Part shown: positions 23,555 through 36,999 of the stretch, piece by piece
How the letters are laid out: each line of letters starts with the position of its first letter
Numbering within the stretch: the stretch's first letter is position 1
NCBI RefSeq assembly: GCF_036321535.1
Contig: NC_087443.1
Location: forward strand, 28,644,001-28,708,000
Length of the DNA stretch: 64,000 nt
Source of the DNA: Camelus dromedarius
Lineage: Eukaryota
Reading direction: 5' to 3'
Notes under the pieces: generated by a model
Seen by the model: only the letters and a program-made list of their open reading frames with translations
Told to the model about the DNA's origin: nothing
Database searches by the model: none
Program-made: the position numbers and the translations under genes

Positions 23555-24243
23555 CTGCAGTTAGAAAGAAGAGAAAGATGGGCACCCCCTTTCCTGGTCG
23601 ATAAGCTCACATCAGCTTGCCCCATACTCATTGATGTTATCTTCACCCGGGACAGGTGGTGGAAGGGGTCGTTTGCTCCCTCCTCACCATGTCCTTTAAG
23701 GTTTCCAACATTTTTGAGACACATGTAGAATTTTTTTGTTCAGGGGAATGCCACAAGAGATCTAACAGAAGATGCATTTGTTTTTGACTTCTAATTAATC
23801 AAGATAACATCTCTCTCAACCATTAGACAGTAAAATCAATCCCTCAGGCGGCTGCTCTGCCAGTTAGACTTCTACACCAATACCAATTATTGGCAAATCA
23901 GTGATGTATTTAAGCATGTTGCACTCTATCATTTTATAATATGTGACCGATGTGACTCTGTTGAGAATGTGGAGAGGGGGCAGTTTCTGTCCCTGGATCT
24001 GGTAATGGGATTTCTCCTGCATCTCCACCACTGCCCACCCTTTCCCACACCCAAAACAGTGGGTGGGTGATTCATTTTCCAGACTCTGTCTGGCATCAAA
24101 TGACTCACTCACTCACCCTGAGGGATGCCAGCATCCTAGGACACGAGGACCGCAGGAAGAGCACGCATCCTGGGTAAGGAGGTGAGCAACGTTAGTGAGT
24201 TGGGAGGGGCCCTGGCTCTGCTGAGGCCCTGAACTCTAACTGA

Positions 24244-24281
24244 GGGGTGCGAGGAGGGGCAGAGGGAGGAGGGAAGGAGGG
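24244..24281 (+). other. G-quadruplex-forming motif
   Basis: GGGG-tgcgagga-GGGG-caga-GGG-agga-GGG-aagga-GGG. Confidence 0.6.
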
Positions 24282-25184
24282 AAATAAGGTTCCTCTCTGG
24301 AAACACCACGCGGAGATGTCTAAAGTCTAGCTGAGAGGGGAATAAATTTCTGCAGGATTCGCTATAGAATTCACATAAGTGGGACATGCCCAAGTCACTG
24401 GAAACATTCTTCCAGCCGAAAACCACCGAGTCAAGGGCTCCATGTTAATGGGGGGGACTTTCTCTTTAAGGCAACCTATTGCCTCCTCCTGGTCCAGAGC
24501 TAGGGAACTCTGTGCACAAAAGTATGTTCCAGCAATTGGTGAGGTACCCCAGGCAATGAGAGGCAACCAAGACAGCCTATAAAGCAAGTGACTCTCCCTG
24601 GATGCCTACACATCGTTTTGTCAAATCACTAGTGTCCTGTATAACTACTGCTCTTTACAAGGATGCTCTAAGTCTCAATCATCCAAGTGTTCATCTAATT
24701 GGCGAGTATTCTGCAAACAAGACTCTTGAAGGCATGAGTTTGAGATCTAAAGAAGTTCTTCTAAGGTGAGTAGGGACTTACTAAAGGGACCTGATGGGGC
24801 ACTGAGGCACGATGGAGCCAGTGCTAACACCCTTCTACTGACTATTTCAGAAAGCACTCCCTGACCTCCTCAGGCTGTACTTGGAAGCCTCTGTGAGTGA
24901 CTGTGAGCCCCATGAGTCTCCCTCCTCTGCATATCTCCAGGGCCAAGTGCAGACTTGGTCCAAAGCGAGCCTTCTGTCAAGGGTAGCTATTTTGGTGTGG
25001 GAATGTGGTTGCAGTCAGTGCTCAACTGGAAGGCTTGGACACTATGCATTAGCCTGATAGCAAAAGGGCTAAGAGGCACTAGACCAGGCCCATTTCCTGG
25101 AATACCTGTTGAGGGGAGGATCACACTTCTATAGGTCCCTTATCTTAGGCAAGATGATGGAGATAGCAGTGACCACAATATCTT

Positions 25185-25330
25185 AACCATTATGAAAATA
25201 AGTCTGTGGCACCAAGTGTGTACCTCTGAGATTGGAGGTAGCACCCTTTCATACTGAAGACACTGAATCTGAGAGGTCAAGTAATACCCCAAGGTCACAC
25301 AGTATTTGAACTTGAGTAGGTCTATCACCT
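25185..25330 (-). mobile_element. MIR fragment
   Basis: cactgaatctgagaggtcaagtaataccccaaggtcacacagtatttgaac. Confidence 0.6.
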
Positions 25331-26574
25331 GTGCTTCTTCCACTGTGTGACGGGAACTCCACAGAAAACCCTGCAGTGGCCTTTCTTCAGTTTCACTTCT
25401 TCCTCAGCACTCGGTTTCTATCCCAGACCTTGTGATGTTCACAGCATGTGCTGCTCTCCTTGCAAGGTCATCATGTACAGGAAAGTCAATTTTTTCGGAA
25501 TACAATCGCTTGAGCCATGCTACTGGGATCTAGTCCTCTGACACTCAGATCACAGACATTGTCCTGAGGGTTTATTAGCACAAACCCTGTACAAATGGGG
25601 GAATACCTCGTGGTGTGTGTGCCAGATATTAACATGAACTTCTGCTGACACTGCCTCCAATCAAAAGGCCTCGTTGAGGTGCCCAAACTTGCTCTCCTGC
25701 AGCTTGAGCTGCAGGCTTAATGAGAGATCCTCCCTCTTCCATTCCTTGTTTTATATCTAAACTGATAGTAGCTAAGAGTTTACATTATTCATGAGCTTGG
25801 TTAAATTTCTTTTTGAAATATTTTGCTTCAACATTTCCTTAGGTAGGAGGCTGAATCTATGATCTGCAGCTCAAGTTTGTGTGAAATAAGGTGTGATGGC
25901 TCTGGCATCAGTCTTCAAGGCATGTCCTCCTTAATGACATTATTTTCACACTCCCACCTCATATTGTCTTGAGCTGTAGAGTCTGTCCCATTTGAATAGA
26001 AACTCCTGTGTCAACCACCACATGCAGCCCAATGCATCGCTCAGGTTGTGGGAATGAATCAGGGTTTTGATTAATTACCTGGTGTCTTCGCCTTGATGTC
26101 AAATCTCACCCTTAATGTATTTCCATGTGAACACGCATTATGGATTGGAAAACCACTCACCCACATAGGAAGTTGTCTGGCTGACATTTAATTGTATCAC
26201 TTGTCAGCACCATGATATGAGAGATGAGCCATCTTTCGACAGGAAGGGTTCAGAATTCTCCTAGAGATTTGTTGGTGATGCACCAGCCTCTGCAGGGCAT
26301 CTCACAACTGGTCTTCCAGTCCAGCGTTCGTGCTTCACACCCTCTTAGTGTGAGCCCCTCAGTATTAGTCAGCAAAGTTAAAGGTAGCTGGTTTTCAACA
26401 AAACAGAGGCTAGTCATGTCTGTCCTTGACTCACACTCTCTTCACTTTGGTCTCTTCCTCTGTGAGTTCCTGGAGGCTTAAGGTGACCCATAATACCAGC
26501 TTCCCTGGTCTAGGCCACCCTCAGACCTGCTGCTCCGATTCAACCACCAATGACAGTCATATCTACTTTCTTGC

Positions 26575-26800
26575 ATTACTTTCTTATTTTTATATTCACT
26601 CATTCATTCATTTAACAAATATTTGTTCGGCACCTACTATGTGCAAACATCCTGCTAGATGCTAGGGATGAAGTGATGACTATGACTGACATGGTCTTTA
26701 TAATCATGATTGTTAGAGCTTAATGGAGGAGACAGATAGTAATCAAGCACAAACAAATAAATATGTAATAATGAATCATCATGAATGCTAGGAAGTAAAA
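26575..26800 (-). mobile_element. L2 LINE 3' end
   Basis: attcactcattcattcatttaacaaatatttgttcggcacctactatgtgcaaac. Confidence 0.8.
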
Positions 26801-26849
26801 ACCCATAAAAAAAAAAAAAAAAAAAAACCACAACATGGGACTACTTGAG

Positions 26850-27235
26850 ACGTGTTGGTGGGAGTCAGCCTGTAGAATCCTTACTTCAGGGCCAAGGAGC
26901 TAATCCTCCCCTCCTCCACCCCTGGGCAATTGGGCTGAGCTGAAGAGAGCTTCCCCACCTAAAAAACACCACCTCCTGGAGCCCTTACATCCAATGACCG
27001 GTCCACAAGGGGATATACGAAGACCTGATTCCCTTGCCTCAGGGCAGGACGACACTGAGGAATGTCTCAGTTCCACAGCCCCCTAATGGGATTGGGTGCA
27101 GCTCCATGCAACTGAACTTCCTCTGCCCAGTCCTGCTCCTCTCACATCCTAACAGGACTAGATCTAAAGGATACCTCCCAGTAGACCTGCATGCAAATCT
27201 CAGAGTCTGGTTCCCTGAGAACCTCACCTATGACA
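26850..27235 (+). mobile_element. ERVL LTR (LTR16-like)
   Basis: cccttgcctcagggcaggacgacactgagg...ctctgcccagtcctgctcc...ctgcatgcaaatctcagagtctggttccctgagaacctcacctatgaca. Confidence 0.7.
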
Positions 27236-27774
27236 TAACCCATCCCAAGAGGAAGGGCTTATTCCAGCAGGAAGGAGGAGACATCTCTAGGCAGGAAGAA
27301 CAGCGTGGGCAAAGGCCTAGAGAGAGAAGCACTGGGAAGTAATCATAGGTCAGAGGGGCTGCCGCCCTGAGGTTCCCGCCTCTCACTCTGTCCTGGCCTT
27401 ACCCGTCGATGTGCCTCCTGGTCTACCTCCCCACACAAACTACACACAAGGCAGATCAGTCTCACCTCTGCCTCTGGGGCTGTGAATGGACTTATTTCAG
27501 TCTACAGTGCCTTCTTAGTAACTGCCATCCTCATTAATTTTATTTTTGAAAACTTGATTTCAAGCTTATTAGTCTCTCCTCTCTACTTCTACAACTTAGC
27601 GCTTACTTAGTAGTGATTCTGCTTTGCTTATCTGGGTTTCTTAAACATGTTTTTCCTATGTAACCCTGAAGCCCTGATGAGACCAAATGATGTGTCATGG
27701 GAGGAATTATTTGGGAACTTCTACAGAATCCTCTATTGCTTAGATTAGAAGGCTGGGGGAGAGATGAAGTAGGG

Positions 27775-28090
27775 TACCAATGAGGGCTCTTGGTCATGGA
27801 CAGCAGGACCCAGTCTGGCTAGTTCAAGAAGGAAGGAAATTTGTTAGAGGGTATTATGTGAGTCACAGAATATCTGGGAGAGCCAGAGAACCAGGACAGA
27901 GACTGTTGAGGGAAACACAGCCTCCTCCATCACAGGCCACATCAGTGAGGACATCATTGCCACTTTGTAGCTCACAGTCAGCTCAGGTGCTGAGTCAGGA
28001 CGTGTCAGTAGACTCTCAGTCACTGCTGTCCTTGGAACATCTCTCCCCACATCCTCTCAGAGTGAAGTCTGCCTGGCATCTGCTTCCCTG
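27775..28090 (-). mobile_element. MaLR LTR (MLT1-like)
   Basis: gggctcttggtcatggacagcaggacccagtctggctagttcaagaaggaaggaaatttgttagaggg. Confidence 0.5.
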
Positions 28091-28484
28091 AGTCCCATGC
28101 TTCTGAATCAGAACCTCACGCAGAGGCATCTGGTCAGTGGAGATTAGGTCACACGCCAGTGCTGCAAGATAAACTGGCAGATCAAGCTTCTGGCATCTGC
28201 TGTAGAGTGGTGTGGATCCACAAGTGGAAAAACTGGAAGCTTAGGAAAGATGTTCACGTATGATGAACAGCCGAACACAATGGCTAATGAGCACTAAGCA
28301 CCACAAATGGATGGGGGAACCGGAGATAGAGCTTCAAGGACCTCTAGCATCAGTCTAGGCAGTTGAGCTGTATTTAGGGGTCATCGATCACCCCTCTCTC
28401 TTTTTACATCCAACCCCTGAGAAAGACCTTCTGATTCCTTCTTAACCGTCTCAAAAACCTGTCCCCCTTACCAGCATCCTAGTC

Positions 28485-28695
28485 CAGGGGTCAGCAAACT
28501 TCAGTCTGCAAGCCAAATCCAGTCTCCACCTCCTGCTTCTATAAGTCAAGTTTTACTGGACCACAGTCATACCCACTTGTTAATGTATTGTTGATGGCTC
28601 TTTTGAGTAGAGCAGTTTTGCTAGAGACCATAGGGCTGAAAAAACCTAAACTATTTACTACCTGGTCCCATACAGGGAAGGTTTTCTGACCCCTA
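28485..28695 (+). mobile_element. MER58A-like hAT-Charlie MITE inserted in L2 remnant
   Basis: caggggtcagcaaact...aagttttactggaccacagtcatacccac...ttttctgacccct; partial TSD tccta. Confidence 0.85.
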
Positions 28696-29924
28696 TCCTA
28701 AGTTATGCCTTCACCGTGTCTTACTGGGCTCCTGCAAGAGCTTCCTGAAGAACCTCACATTTCTTGTTGGTACCTACAATCTGATGTCACATTATAGCCA
28801 GAGTACTCACGGCACAAACAAAACACAAAATCATGTCAGTCCAACACAGAATCTTTCAACAGACTCCCATTATACTTAAAATTGGGAGCAACATCCTCAA
28901 CATGGCAATAAAACCCTGCAAGATTTAACTTGTGTCTACATGCTTGACTGGCCAGTGAGACGATAAGAGAAAGACACCCACAAACATGGTTAGAGAGTAT
29001 GACTTTTTTTCATGGTCAGGGATAAGAAATGATGTTCTGACAAAGCACAAGATGAGAGTTTGCTCCTGGATACTGGGTACAGGGAGGAGCTTCTCCCTTC
29101 CCATGTCCCCTCGCAGAACCAACAGCTGCGTGAATAACGCCCCATGGAATAAGGATTTGGCCAGCTGCAAGAAGCCTGCTTTTGCCACTCTCCTGTTCCT
29201 AAGAATACCTTTCTGTCTTCCCCTTCTCTACTCATCTGTCTGATCTGAAGTCACTGACTTTGGTCCTGCTTGCTCACTGGGCACAAGTGATGAATGCTAT
29301 ACAGCCCAGCACATTGCTCTCTGCTGCAGGACCACATAAAGTAATGGTTAATTTTTCAGATCTCACTCTAGCAGGTCTATACTTCGTAGAATGTGTAACA
29401 GCCATTCATGAAATGGACCCTCTCTGGTCTGAGATTCAATATTCTCACAGTATCATTTCAGCAGTTTCTGGTGTCTTGTTTTTGGTTGGTTGGTTTGTGA
29501 CTTTTAGTTTTGGTTTTAGGTTGTTTTGCTTTGTCTTTCTAAAATATGTTTTCTATTAATGGTAGTATGCAATTATCATCTGAACTGCACAATGAGGAGA
29601 AACTGCAGTATCAAGCAAATGAATCAATTATGTGATCAACTGAACAATTTGCCCATTATTGTGGGCACATCTATCTTTGATGAAGGTAAGTAATAGACTT
29701 ACAGTGTTTCACAGGTTAACAAATTTTAGTAATTGTAACTGTTACTTTTTTTATTTCATAAAACCTCCAACTGTTACTACAGGACAACCAAGCATTCTTC
29801 TCTTCAGGCTGACTGCTCTATTATTTTTAACACTATGCCCAGGAACTGTTGAAGATATTCTTTCCTGCCCCAAATATGTAATGAGTACTCTTCAATGAGC
29901 CCTGGGTACCTACCAATCTACCTA

Positions 29925-29932
29925 CCTACTCA

Positions 29933-29965
<33 letters not shown>

Positions 29966-30110
29966 CATCCATCCATCTACCCATCTATACATCCATTCTT
30001 CCATCCATCCATCCATTCATCCAACTACCATCTATTTTTATCATGTATCTATACTATCTATCACTTACCTATCATCTATTATGTATATACCCATCTATCA
30101 TGTTTATTTG
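29925..30110. repeat. Compound tetranucleotide microsatellite (CTGT/CTAT/CCAT)
   Basis: Direct reading. Confidence 0.9.
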
Positions 30111-30734
30111 TCTGGAGTACAGTATTAGAAGTCAAAATTAGTCCTAAGACTCTATGAGGTAGGCATGGTGGACAGGCATATGATCTATTTATAGGTATCT
30201 TGGGTAAAATTTTATCAAAATATGATGCCCATGCAGAACCCTACACAGAATAGAGTAGCGCTCAATGGGTTTTCCACACAGTGGCCACTGCTATGCCATA
30301 TAACCACCAAAGAAACACAGCTTTTCTGGTACCACCAAAGATCCCACATGAGCCGTTCCAGTCTGCTGACTCAGGCCTGTGAAGGGGTGAGTTAAGGAGC
30401 TGTTAAGGACAGGAACACCTGTCGATGGTCACCTTCCTGAGCTTCTCCCTTTAATTCTTAGCTTCCTGAGGCTGTGCTTTTCTAGTCCTCTGACAAGAGA
30501 GTTGGAACTTGAATGATTCCTCCACAGTGCACTGCCCACAAACTGTGGCAGAGAGGATAAAAAGCTGTGATTTGCTCCACCCTCTTGGGAGTACAACACC
30601 TCTCCTAGCAGAGAGGAAGTCTCCCTCCTTCACTGTCGTAGGCTTCTACCAGTCTCCATTGCCTCCACTCCTGTCACTGCCCCACCACAGAACTGTTTGG
30701 AGGCGGGCTTGCAATGGAACAGAGGAAAGAAAGA

Positions 30735-30830
30735 GAAGAGACAGAGACAGATGATATAGATAGGTTGATTGATAGACAGGTACACAGACAGACAGATAGA
30801 CAGATATGAAAGACAGAGACGGAAAAGATA
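30735..30830. repeat. Degenerate (GACA/GATA) microsatellite
   Basis: Direct reading. Confidence 0.85.
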
Positions 30831-31959
30831 TACCCTAGATATTTCCATACTATTACTGAACATTAAGAAATCTCTTTCTCATTACAACTACAGGACTTCT
30901 TCTGAAGCTTTTCTCTGTTTATGTAAATATTTCCTTGTGTTACAGACCAAGGACACTAGAAGGGGAAAAAATGGTAAACCCACTGCTAGTTAAGTGGCAT
31001 TTTGAATTCTGATCTTCTTCCACTTTCTACCTATTACCTTTTCACAGTCCCCAAATAGCTGCTAGGGTTTATAGCTGCATTCAGGGAGAGAGACAGGATG
31101 CAATGTGTCTACTCCATAAACTTAGAAATGGTACTTGCATACATAGGCTTTATATTTTTTCTTTTTTCTTTTGTTCAAAGAGTATTTCTTTGTTGATAAT
31201 CCCAATCTGTCCATTTATTAATACATATTCTTCTTTAACACTCTGAACTTACTTTCTTTGATCATATTTATAATAGCTCCTTTGGTGCCTCTATCCACTA
31301 AGTCCAACACATGGGACCAATTAGAGCCAATATCTATTCCACATGAGATCATACTTCCTCTTTATTTGCATGTCTAATAATTTTGCTTGCCAACACAAGA
31401 CTGTATATAAAATCTCGAGATGAAAGCTTAAAATTTATTTTATTCTTCTGAGGATCAACAATTTTGCTTTGTTTTGTTGTCATTTTGTCCTAGAACACAG
31501 TTTACTTACCTGGATACACTCTGCAAAATCTCCTCCCTAACTTCCTAGTGTTCAGCAGCATATGTCCCCATATAGGTTTTTTTTAGCTTTAAGCTGTTGC
31601 TTTTTAGCTTGGGTTCTCCCATGTGCCTGTATCATTTAGTGATAAGCCAGAAATCTGTGCAAGATTTTATATCTCAGCCCTCATGGGACTCTCTCATTTC
31701 CCAATTTTCTCCTTCAGTGTCTACCTGCTCTGCTGCTGAAAATTCTGCCACCTGCCATCTCAAGCCAGTAAGGCTGTGGATTTCCTCCACCAGATCGGGG
31801 ACAGGACAGTGGCTGGGGGAGCACCTCAAGGCAAGAAAATCACACTGCTCACCTGATAAAGTTGCAGTCCAGCAAGAGCCAACACCTCTCAGAGTTTATC
31901 ATGCCATTTGTCAATTTCCTGGGCCTTCAAGTAATTCTTGTTAATTATTTTGTCCAGTT

Positions 31960-33900
31960 TTTATGACTGAAATCTGTAGGCGTCATCACCCTCCTTCTTC
32001 CTGTTACTATTCCCGTAAGTCAGTCCTTATACAAGTACAATATGCTTTAATCACTGAAGCTTTATAAGAAACTTTATCATGAAGTATTGTTTTTCTTGTT
32101 CAAAAGTGTCGTGGCTCTTCTTGACCTTTTACCATTCCACGTAAATTTTAGAACAAGGTTTTCAATTTCAATGATTTAAAAAAAGTCTATGGAATTTGTT
32201 TAGTATTGTTAAACCAGTAGATTAATTTGGAGAGAACTGACATTATTACAAAACTACATCTTCTAATACATGAATAGGGTATATCCATCCCTATCTTTAG
32301 TTTCACCTTTAAATTCCTCTCAATTTCCTTGTACTGTTCAGTATAGAGAACTTATACACCACTCATTAGATTTATTCTTCAGTCTGATGTTTTATGATGC
32401 TGTTTTAAGTGGTATTTTAAAAATTTCATTTCCTAAATGCTTATTGTTGGTATACTGTAATATAATTTAGTCTTCAATATCAGCTTTGCTTCTTGCATTC
32501 TTGTAAAATTCATTTACTAATACTATTTTTTTCCTCCAATGGATATTTTTTTAATTTTCCACAAAAATGACATCATCTGAAAATAAGTTTTATTTCTTAA
32601 TTTACAAAACTTCTCATATATTTTATATCTCATTTTCCTCCCTTATTGAAATGTGTAGAAATTTACTTACAGTGCTAAATAGGAGCAGTGAGAGCTGGCA
32701 TCTGTGTGTTCCTGATCTTGGGGGAGAAGCTTTCAACATTTGACCATAGATGAAAATTATATTAGGTGTAAATTTTTGTTAGATACTCTTATTAAGGAAT
32801 TTCTCTTCCAATTATTGAACTGATTTCTGAATGTTGAACCAAACTTGCATTTTTTTGCAATAAACCCAACTTAATTGTGAGATATTTTGTTTCTTTATAT
32901 CTTTAGATTTCATTCATTAATGCTTAGTTTAGAGTTTGCATCTTTCTTCTGAGAGAGACTGACCTATAATTTTCCTTTCTGGTAATGTCTTTCCCATGTT
33001 TTGAGTCAAAAGCATGCTTGCTGAATAAAACGAGTTGAGAATGATATCTACTTTTTTCTCTCCTCTTGAAAAGTTTATGTAAGATTATTATTGATTCTAT
33101 CTTCCATATAGAGTAAAAATAACTCACTATTGAAACCATCTGCACTTGAAGATTTCTCTTAGGAGAGATTTTAATTACAAATTTATTTATCAGATATATA
33201 AATAATCATACTTTCTATTTCTTCTTGTGTCAGTTTTGGTGAGTTGCTTTTTAAAAAAAATTTAAATGTTTCATCTAGTTTTTCAATTTTATTGGCATAA
33301 GGTATCCGTGATTTCCTTTTAATGTCTATAGAACCTGTGTTTTCATCTCCATATTCATTCCTGATATTTGTAATTTGTGCCCTTTCTCTTTTTTCTTGAT
33401 TAATCTTCCTAGGGTTTTAATCTTGATTTCTTCCTTATCAAGAAAAAGGCCTAAATTATAAATATCAGGAATTAATGACTAATGCAATGCAGCTCTGAAT
33501 ATTAATGTGTCAGTTACTGGGATATTTCTCTTGGATTACTAGGAGTAGAAATATTGAATCACATAGTAAGCTTACCTTTACATTTTAAAGAAACTGCCTG
33601 TTTTCCGAAGTTTCTGTATTATTTTATATTCTCATCAGCAATACATAAAGCGTCCAGTTTCTCTACATGCTCATTAATAGTTGGCATTGTCTTTCTTTTT
33701 TACTATAACCATTCTAGTGGGTGGGTGTGTAGTGATAGCTCATTGTGATTTTAATTTGCTTTTCTCTAGTAATTAATGATGCTAAGCATCTTTTTGTGCT
33801 TATTAGTCACTTTCACATATTCTTTGATAAAATTATTCAAACACCTTACCTATATTTTAATTGCATTTCTGTCTTATTATGGGGTTACAGAAATTATTTA
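31960..33900 (-). mobile_element. Ancient L1 (L1M-type) ORF2 remnants
   Basis: T-rich; ttaatttggagagaactgacatt, tgttcctgatcttgggggagaagctttcaacatt, cattgtgattttaatttgcttttctctagtaattaatgatgctaagcatcttttt are typical reverse L1 ORF2 motifs. Confidence 0.8.
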
Positions 33901-34763
33901 AATATGCTAAATAGGAGGCATTAAAATCCAGGCTGTTTTCAGTCTACCTTGGATTTTATCATCCTGAAGTCCCTTTTAAGTCTCATATTTTGTATGTGCA
34001 GCCGCAGGGTAAGCAAGGAATGTGAGCATAGCTTGGAGATTGTGTCTCCAGTGATCGTAAACACAGACTCAGTAAAGCATATGTTTGCCCAATCAGGACT
34101 ACAATCTCAGGCTATTAAAATGAAGCCATTGTCCTTTCCATTTGTTTGTCTTGGAGAATTCATTTCCACTGAACATGAGCATGACTCTCTGCCCCAGATG
34201 GAATGAGTCCTCTTCAGCTGTGTCAGAGAAGCCATCAGTCCTCATGGCCTGCCCCACCTGCACAACCTCCACATCACCTGTTGGAGAAGAGGCTAATGAG
34301 AGGAGTCCCAGCAGTAAGTCTTAATGCCATAGACTCTCACTATTCTTGCCCTAGGTTCAGCAGTTTGTCACAGATGGCTTTATGACTTTGGTAGAATTCT
34401 AGAGTGACGACTTGATATTTCTGTCAATTCTGTCCAGGTCTTTGGGGAAAGGATTTGCTGATCCCTCCTGCGCATAGCCAAAAGTCCTGATCTTCATGTC
34501 CTTCATTTTCACACTCTCTCCTTTTTAATACATGCATTTAAATCTGCATATTTGCTCCTAAGAACAGCTTAAGTTGCAATGAACACTTTTTGATATGCTT
34601 TATTTCATGATAATTCAATTTAAAATACTTTCTAATTTCCATTTGGATTATTTCTTTGCCTCTTGGGTCATTTATAACTGTACTGCTTAATCACACATTG
34701 TGGGGAATTTTTTAGTAATCTTTTATTATTGATTACTGGCTTCATTAAACCATCTTAAAAGAA

Positions 34764-34980
34764 CATACTCAATCAGATTTGATTTTGCCCCCGCCTCCCC
34801 AGAGAACATTTGGCAATATGTGGAGATATTTGTTGTTGTCAAAATTGCTGGAGGGCGGCTGATACTGGCATCTAGTGGACAGAGGCCAAGGGTACTGCTC
34901 AGCATCCTCTAATGCATGCACAGGACAAAAAAGAATTCACTAGCCCAAAATGTCAACAGTGACCAGGATGAGAAACCCTG
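34764..34980 (+). mobile_element. MER20 hAT-Charlie MITE
   Basis: gattttgcccc...acatttggcaatatgtggagatattt...ctggcatctagtggacagaggccaagg...cccaaaatgtcaacagtgaccaggatgagaaaccctg. Confidence 0.92.
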
Positions 34981-36024
34981 AAATCTGTTGACAATAACCT
35001 TAAAGTCTAGCTTGTCATAAATTTTGGTAAATGTTTCCCATCTGCTAGAAAAGAATGTGATTCTGTTACTGTTCAATTCATTCCTCATTAGATTCACGTT
35101 TGTTAATTATGTTCTTAATGGATTTTGTATTCTCGTATTTTTTTGTCTGCTTATTCTACCAGTTACTAAGAAAGGTATGTTAAATTCTCCCATTTTGCTT
35201 ATGTGTTTATTCCTTCTCTTTCTCTTTTCTAGTTTTTAAAAGTATTGCTTTATATATTTTAAAGTAATTTTTAGGTTCATGAAATATAATTTTTTCCATC
35301 TTCCTGGCTAATCGATCTTTTGTCATTATGAAACTATCTCTAGAGTGCTTCATTTTTTATCTGATATTACACCACAAGTAATTACCATAATGTTTCTTAT
35401 AGTTAAGTGTTTTTATATCTTTTTTCCATCCTTCTATTTTCAACTTCTCTATAAACTGTCTTAACTTGTCTCTTGTAAGTATAATATCATTACATCTGGG
35501 GTTTTATCTAGTCTAATAATAATTTGCCTTTTTATGGAAATATTTAGGCAATTTACATTTACTATTATGTATTTAGGTTTATATCTACCATCTTTTAATG
35601 ATATTTTTCATTTATCATGTACTTTTGGTTCTTTTTCCTCTCCTTGCTTCAAACATTTTTGATTAATCAAATATTTTTATTATTCTTTCCTCTTTATTTT
35701 CTTGTTTGTACAAAGGATTTTTTCTTCTATTCTTTTAGTGGCTGTCCTAGATATTACAAAATGCATTATTTAAAATCTAACTTAAGTTGGTACTTTTAAC
35801 TCCTTCCAGGTAATTTTAAGTTTAGAATACTTAACTCCATTTATTCCTTAGCATCTTTGGTGTTTTTTTTGTGTTGTTATCATACATTTTAATTTTGCAC
35901 ATATATATTTTAAACCACACAAGATGTTGCTTTTTTTGTGCAGTCAATATGCCCTTGTGGTTACTCAGATATTTACCTTTCCCGTCGTGCTCTTCATTCC
36001 TTCCTGCACATCCTTCGTTGTGTC

Positions 36025-36555
36025 TGTTGGAAGGCAGAGATAATGAATAATACCCTCTGCTGAGAATGAACTTTGAGATGGAAGAATGAAGTAGGCGACT
36101 CCGTAACGTGCAATTAGGAAGTTTATTGCAGGTAACGTACACACAGGCAGAATCAGGCAGACGCTGATCCACAGGCACTTGGCAGCTGTGCTCGGAGAAG
36201 GTGACAGGGGTACAAGGGGACTTCCAGGGGCCAAAGCTAAAAACAGAATCCGACTACCAAGTGAGAAGCACGTCCCCACGACAACTGGAACTGGGGGCTT
36301 TTCATCCCTCTGCAGGTCTCATGACCATTAACCCTATATGTCAGCAAAAGGCATTCTTCCAGATTTCATATTAGATGAAGGCAAGGATAAAAGTTGATAG
36401 GGACCCCATCCCCCATCGGTGTAGGAGGATTCCTGGTGAGTAGGCTAGAGTTCAGATATCGGGGGAAGGGGAGGGAGCAAGACAGCCTGGCAAAGACGGA
36501 GCAGACAAAACGGACTCAGTGTGGTTCAGCCCACAAGGTTATCTTCCTTCTAACA
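36025..36555 (-). mobile_element. Solo ERV LTR (531 bp), probably lineage-specific
   Basis: TG...CA termini with imperfect inverted repeats; AATAAA on minus strand (tttatt 36122-36127); 13 CpG; interrupts L1 sequence that resumes on both sides. Confidence 0.8.
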
Positions 36556-36999
36556 GAGCTCTCTTTAGTCATTAAGCCCACACTTGCAGGTATCAAATTC
36601 TCTCAGTCTCTGCATGTCTGGAAGTTTTTATTTTTCTCTTCACTTATGAGGGATATCTCTGTTAGGTAAGGAATTGTTAGGTGGCAGTTGTTTTCTTTCA
36701 GCAGCACTTTAAATATCATCTCATTCTGCTGTCCTCAAGCTGCCACAGCTTCTCTACAGCACATTACTCCACAGTCATGTGAGTTCTGCCCTTGTTTCCG
36801 GGAATCAGAAGACCCAACATTTGCTTATACCACCTCCCTTAAAACTATTTTCATTTTCATTCTTAAAATTACTGTATGTATTGTTCATTCTTTTACTTAT
36901 TAGAAGTTTAACATCATTGATTGATTGCTTGATTACTGAACAAGAGTTTTTGTTGGGATTTTTTGGTTTGATAATAAAGCCACATAGATTTTGAATAGT

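Larger units (their letters stand above)
34500..36830 (-). mobile_element. Ancient L1 ORF1/ORF2-junction remnants, interrupted by MER20 and a solo LTR
   Basis: ctagtctaataataatttgccttttt, caggtatcaaattctctcagtc, ttctttcagcagcactttaaatat. Confidence 0.75.

Noticed and set aside
419-26827. Isolated T25 (419-443) and A21 (26807-26827) as orphan retroposition tails
   Set aside because: No TSD or element body; slippage expansion is sufficient.
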